Origin: a virus
Lineage: Duplodnaviria > Heunggongvirae > Uroviricota > Caudoviricetes
Virus record (IMG/VR): IMGVR_UViG_2721755652_000006
Strand: one strand, 5' to 3'
DNA: 37,205 nt
The position numbers and the translations under genes were made by a program. Shown here piece by piece: positions 33,671 through 37,205 of this stretch (within the stretch, counting starts at the first letter, position 1; each line of letters begins with the position of its first letter). Under the pieces are notes generated by a model. It was given only the letters and a program-made list of their open reading frames with translations. It searched no databases and was not told the origin of the DNA.

Positions 33671-33698
33671 AGCCCGCCGGTTCAGGCGGGCTTTTTTG
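33671..33698 (+). terminator. Rho-independent terminator after lom (AGCCCGCC-GGTTCA-GGCGGGCT followed by TTTTTTG)
   Basis: Perfect 8-bp GC-rich stem, 6-nt loop, 6-T run. Confidence 0.8.
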
Positions 33699-33708
33699 TG
33701 GGGTGAAT

Positions 33709-36624
33709 ATGGCAGTAAAGATTTCAGGTGTACTGAAAGACGGCACAGGAAAACCGGTAGAGAACTGCACCATTCAACTGAAAGCCAGACGTAACAGCGC
33801 CACGGTGGTGGTGAACACGGTGGCCTCTGAAAATCCGGATGAAGCCGGTCGTTACAGCATGGACGTTGAGTACGGTCAGTACAGCGTTATTCTGTTGGTG
33901 GAAGGGTTCCCGCCGTCACATGCCGGGACCATCACCGTGTATGAAGATTCTCAACCCGGTACGCTGAATGATTTTCTTGGTGCCATGACTGAGGATGATG
34001 TCCGTCCGGAGGCACTGCGCCGTTTTGAGCTGATGGTGGAAGAGGTGGCGCGTAACGCGTCCGCGGTGGCACAGAACACGGCAGCCGCGAAGAAGTCAGC
34101 CAGCGATGCCAGCACATCAGCCCGTGAGGCGGCAACCCATGCGACTGATGCTGCGGACTCAGCACGCGCAGCCAGCACGTCAGCCGGACAGGCCGCGTCG
34201 TCGGCTCAGTCAGCGTCTTCCAGCGCAGGAACGGCATCAACAAAGGCTACTGAAGCATCAAAAAGTGCTGCCGCTGCAGAGTCCTCAAAAAGCGCGGCGG
34301 CTACCAGTGCCGGTGCGGCGAAAACGTCAGAAACGAATGCGGCAGTGTCACAACAATCAGCCGCCACTTCTGCATCCACCGCGACCACGAAAGCGTCAGA
34401 AGCTGCCTCCTCAGCCAGGGATGCGTCGGCTTCAAAAGAGGCGGCAAAATCATCAGAAACGAGCGCAGCCTCGAGCGCCAGTAGTGCAGCCTCCTCGGCA
34501 ACGGCGGCAGGCAATTCCGCGAAGGCGGCCAAAACGTCTGAGACAAACGCTAAGTCCTCTGAAACGGCAGCAGAACAGAGTGCCTCCGCAGCAGCAGGCT
34601 CAAAAACAGCGGCTGCATTATCTGCCAGTGCCGCGTCAACAAGTGCCGGGCAGGCCTCAGCCAGTGCCACCGCCGCCGGAAAATCGGCAGAAAGTGCCGC
34701 ATCGTCTGCTTCAACAGCCACAACGAAGGCTGGCGAAGCCACTGAACAGGCCAGCGCAGCAGCGAGTTCTGCTTCCGCAGCGAAGACATCCGAAACGAAC
34801 GCGAAAGCGTCGGAAACCAGCGCAGAATCCTCAAAAACGGCTGCCGCATCGTCAGCCAGTTCGGCGGCGTCATCGGCATCATCTGCGTCTGCTTCAAAAG
34901 ATGAGGCGACCAGACAAGCGTCAGCAGCGAAGAGCAGCGCCACGACGGCATCCACGAAGGCGACAGAGGCAGCTGGTAGTGCGACGGCAGCAGCTCAGAG
35001 CAAAAGTACGGCGGAATCTGCAGCAACGCGCGCTGAGACAGCGGCAAAACGGGCAGAGGATATTGCATCCGCCGTGGCGCTTGAGGATGCGAGCACGACG
35101 AAAAAGGGGATAGTACAGCTCAGCAGTGCGACTAACAGCACTTCCGAGTCACTGGCGGCAACGCCAAAAGCCGTTAAGGCCGCGTATGAGCTGGCTAACG
35201 GGAAATACACCGCACAGGATGCAACGACAGCACAGAAAGGGATAGTTCAGCTTAGCAACGCGACCAACAGCACATCTGAAATGCTGGCGGCAACGCCAAA
35301 GTCGGTAAAGGCAGCCTATGACCTTGCTAACGGGAAATATACTGCTCAGGACGCTACGACAGCACAAAAAGGAATTGTCCAGCTCAGTAGTGCAACCAAC
35401 AGCGCATCTGAAACGCTTGCCGCGACACCGAAAGCAGTGAAAGCAGCTAATGATAATGCGAATGGTCGGGTACCTTCTGCCCGTAAGGTGAATGGTAAGG
35501 CGCTTTCATCGGATATAACACTGACGCCGAAAGATATTGGTACGCTTAACTCAACAACAATGTCATTCAGCGGTGGTGCTGGTTGGTTCAAATTAGCAAC
35601 GGTAACCATGCCACAGGCGAGTTCTGTTGTTTCAATTACGTTGATTGGTGGCGCGGGATTTAACGTGGGGTCACCTCAACAGGCAGGTATATCTGAACTT
35701 GTTTTGCGTGCAGGTAATGGTAATCCGAAGGGGATTACTGGTGCTTTATGGCAGCGCACATCGACAGGGTTTACAAATTTTGCCTGGGTCAATACATCTG
35801 GTGATACTTACGATATTTACGTTGCAATCGGAAATTATGCGACTGGTGTAAATATTCAATGGGATTATACCAGTAATGCCAGCGTGACGATTCATACGTC
35901 ACCAGCATATTCTGCTAATAAGCCGGAAGGGTTAACGGACGGTACAGTTTATTCACTCTATACGCCATCAGAGCAGTTTTATCCGCCTGGCGCACCAATC
36001 CCGTGGCCATCAGATACCGTTCCGTCTGGCTATGCCCTGATGCAGGGGCAGACTTTTGACAAATCTGCATACCCGAAACTTGCAGCCGCTTATCCGTCAG
36101 GCGTGATCCCTGATATGCGTGGCTGGACGATTAAGGGCAAACCTGCCAGTGGTCGGGCCGTATTGTCTCAGGAACAGGACGGCATTAAATCGCACACCCA
36201 CAGCGCCAGCGCATCCAGTACGGATTTGGGGACGAAAACCACATCGTCGTTTGATTACGGCACTAAATCCACGAATAACACCGGGGCGCACACGCACAGT
36301 GTGAGCGGTACAGCCGCAAGTGCCGGAAACCATACTCATAGTGTCACAGGCGCATCAGCAGTCAGCCAGTGGTCACAAAATGGGTCAGTACATAAGGTAG
36401 TGTCTGCGGCCAGTGTGAATACAAGTGCTGCAGGAGCGCACACTCATAGTGTCAGCGGCACAGCTGCATCTGCAGGTGCTCACGCACATACTGTCGGTAT
36501 TGGTGCTCATACGCACTCTGTTGCGATTGGCTCACATGGACACACCATCACCGTTAACGCTGCGGGTAACGCGGAAAACACTGTCAAAAACATCGCATTT
36601 AACTACATTGTGAGGCTTGCATAA
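33709..36624 (+). CDS. stf: Side tail fibre protein Stf (long form with Ala/Ser-rich repeats, 3 tandem ~43-aa repeats and a His-rich C-terminal tip)
   Basis: N-terminus [30 protein letters not shown]… matches lambda Stf; C-terminal HxH repeats ([15 protein letters not shown]…); the ORF track starts at an upstream GTG (33703). Confidence 0.9.
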   Translation: MAVKISGVLKDGTGKPVENCTIQLKARRNSATVVVNTVASENPDEAGRYSMDVEYGQYSVILLVEGFPPSHAGTITVYEDSQPGTLNDFLGAMTEDDVRPEALRRFELMVEEVARNASAVAQNTAAAKKSASDASTSAREAATHATDAADSARAASTSAGQAASSAQSASSSAGTASTKATEASKSAAAAESSKSAAATSAGAAKTSETNAAVSQQSAATSASTATTKASEAASSARDASASKEAAKSSETSAASSASSAASSATAAGNSAKAAKTSETNAKSSETAAEQSASAAAGSKTAAALSASAASTSAGQASASATAAGKSAESAASSASTATTKAGEATEQASAAASSASAAKTSETNAKASETSAESSKTAAASSASSAASSASSASASKDEATRQASAAKSSATTASTKATEAAGSATAAAQSKSTAESAATRAETAAKRAEDIASAVALEDASTTKKGIVQLSSATNSTSESLAATPKAVKAAYELANGKYTAQDATTAQKGIVQLSNATNSTSEMLAATPKSVKAAYDLANGKYTAQDATTAQKGIVQLSSATNSASETLAATPKAVKAANDNANGRVPSARKVNGKALSSDITLTPKDIGTLNSTTMSFSGGAGWFKLATVTMPQASSVVSITLIGGAGFNVGSPQQAGISELVLRAGNGNPKGITGALWQRTSTGFTNFAWVNTSGDTYDIYVAIGNYATGVNIQWDYTSNASVTIHTSPAYSANKPEGLTDGTVYSLYTPSEQFYPPGAPIPWPSDTVPSGYALMQGQTFDKSAYPKLAAAYPSGVIPDMRGWTIKGKPASGRAVLSQEQDGIKSHTHSASASSTDLGTKTTSSFDYGTKSTNNTGAHTHSVSGTAASAGNHTHSVTGASAVSQWSQNGSVHKVVSAASVNTSAAGAHTHSVSGTAASAGAHAHTVGIGAHTHSVAIGSHGHTITVNAAGNAENTVKNIAFNYIVRLA
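35095..35448 (+). repeat. Three tandem direct repeats (129/132 bp, about 85-90% identical) inside stf, encoding a TT(A)[36 protein letters not shown] unit
   Basis: Repeat copies begin at 35095, 35224 and 35356. Confidence 0.85.
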
Positions 36625-37205
36625 TGGCATTCAGAATGAGTGAACAACCACGGACCATAAAAATTTATAATCTGCTGACCGGAACTAATGAATTTATTGG
36701 TGAAGGTGACGCATATATTCCGCCTCATACAGGTCTGCCAGCAAACAGTACCTATATTGCACCGCCAGATATTCCGGCTGGCTTCGTGGCTGTTTTCAAC
36801 AGTGATGAGTCATCGTGGCATCTCGTTGAAGATCATCGGGGTAAAACGGTTTATGACGTGGCTTCCGGCGACGCGTTATTTATTTCTGAACTCGGCTCAT
36901 TACCGGAAAATGTTACCTGGTTATCGCCGGAAGGGGAGTTTCAGAAGTGGAACGGCACAGCCTGGGTGAAAGATGCAGAAGCAGAAAAACTGTTCCGGAT
37001 CCGGGAGGCGGAAGAAACAAAAAACAGCCTGATGCAGGTAGCCAGTGAGCATATTGCGCCACTTCAGGATGCTGTAGATCTGGAAATCGCAACGGAGGAA
37101 GAAGCCTCATTGCTGGAAGCCTGGAAAAAGTATCGGGTGTTGCTGAACCGTGTTGATACATCAACTGCACCTGATATTGAGTGGCCTGTAATACCTGAAG
37201 TTTAA
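36624..37205 (+). CDS. tfa: Tail fibre assembly protein Tfa
   Basis: 193-aa product [42 protein letters not shown]… matches lambda Tfa; start overlaps the stf stop (TAATG); stop at the window end. Confidence 0.92.
   Translation: MAFRMSEQPRTIKIYNLLTGTNEFIGEGDAYIPPHTGLPANSTYIAPPDIPAGFVAVFNSDESSWHLVEDHRGKTVYDVASGDALFISELGSLPENVTWLSPEGEFQKWNGTAWVKDAEAEKLFRIREAEETKNSLMQVASEHIAPLQDAVDLEIATEEEASLLEAWKKYRVLLNRVDTSTAPDIEWPVIPEV

Noticed and set aside
34106-35113. Long alternative-frame ORFs (for example 335 aa on + at 34106..35113, 249 aa on - at 34206..34955, 172 aa on - at 34550..35068) rich in Pro/Arg/Gln or Ala/Asp
   Set aside because: They lie entirely within the low-complexity Ala/Ser-rich repeat region of stf, and their extreme composition is what off-frame translation of GC-rich repeats gives; stf in the lambda-matching frame explains the region.
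35095-35448. Tandem repeats considered as a possible CRISPR-like array
   Set aside because: The repeats are about 130 bp, contiguous without spacers, in frame and coding for a repeated protein module inside stf.

Overview
The whole window is one lambdoid prophage, read left to right as: tyrosine integrase and excisionase (minus strand); a 5'-altered O replication gene with an internal iteron origin, then P and ren; an AT-rich cargo island (emrE, large serine recombinase ybcK); a nin-type block (ylcH-like small ORF, ybcN, ninE, ybcO, rusA, ylcG); a Q-like gene followed by a late promoter and two intrinsic terminators; the lysis cassette (holin, R, Rz with embedded Rz1) and bor; AT-rich morons (ybcV, ybcW, ylcI); cos; and a near-complete lambda-type head and tail operon (nu1, A, W, B, C, D, E, FI, FII, Z, U, V, G/G-T, H, M, L, K, I, J, lom, stf, tfa). 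Identifications rest on reading the translated ORFs against remembered lambda and E. coli K-12 DLP12 protein sequences; no database search was run. The most notable observation is a roughly 2.4 kb group II intron (RT/maturase/HNH ORF, recognisable domain V, GUGCG...AU ends) inserted antisense into tail gene U. Other signs of a defective or mosaic prophage are a one-base frame break near the 3' end of C/Nu3, the absence of any immunity or recombination region between xis and O, a J protein whose C-terminal receptor-binding region differs from lambda's, and a long repeat-rich stf. I found no CRISPR array, tRNA or rRNA, and no unambiguous novel defence system; the cargo and moron genes are the best candidates for follow-up.
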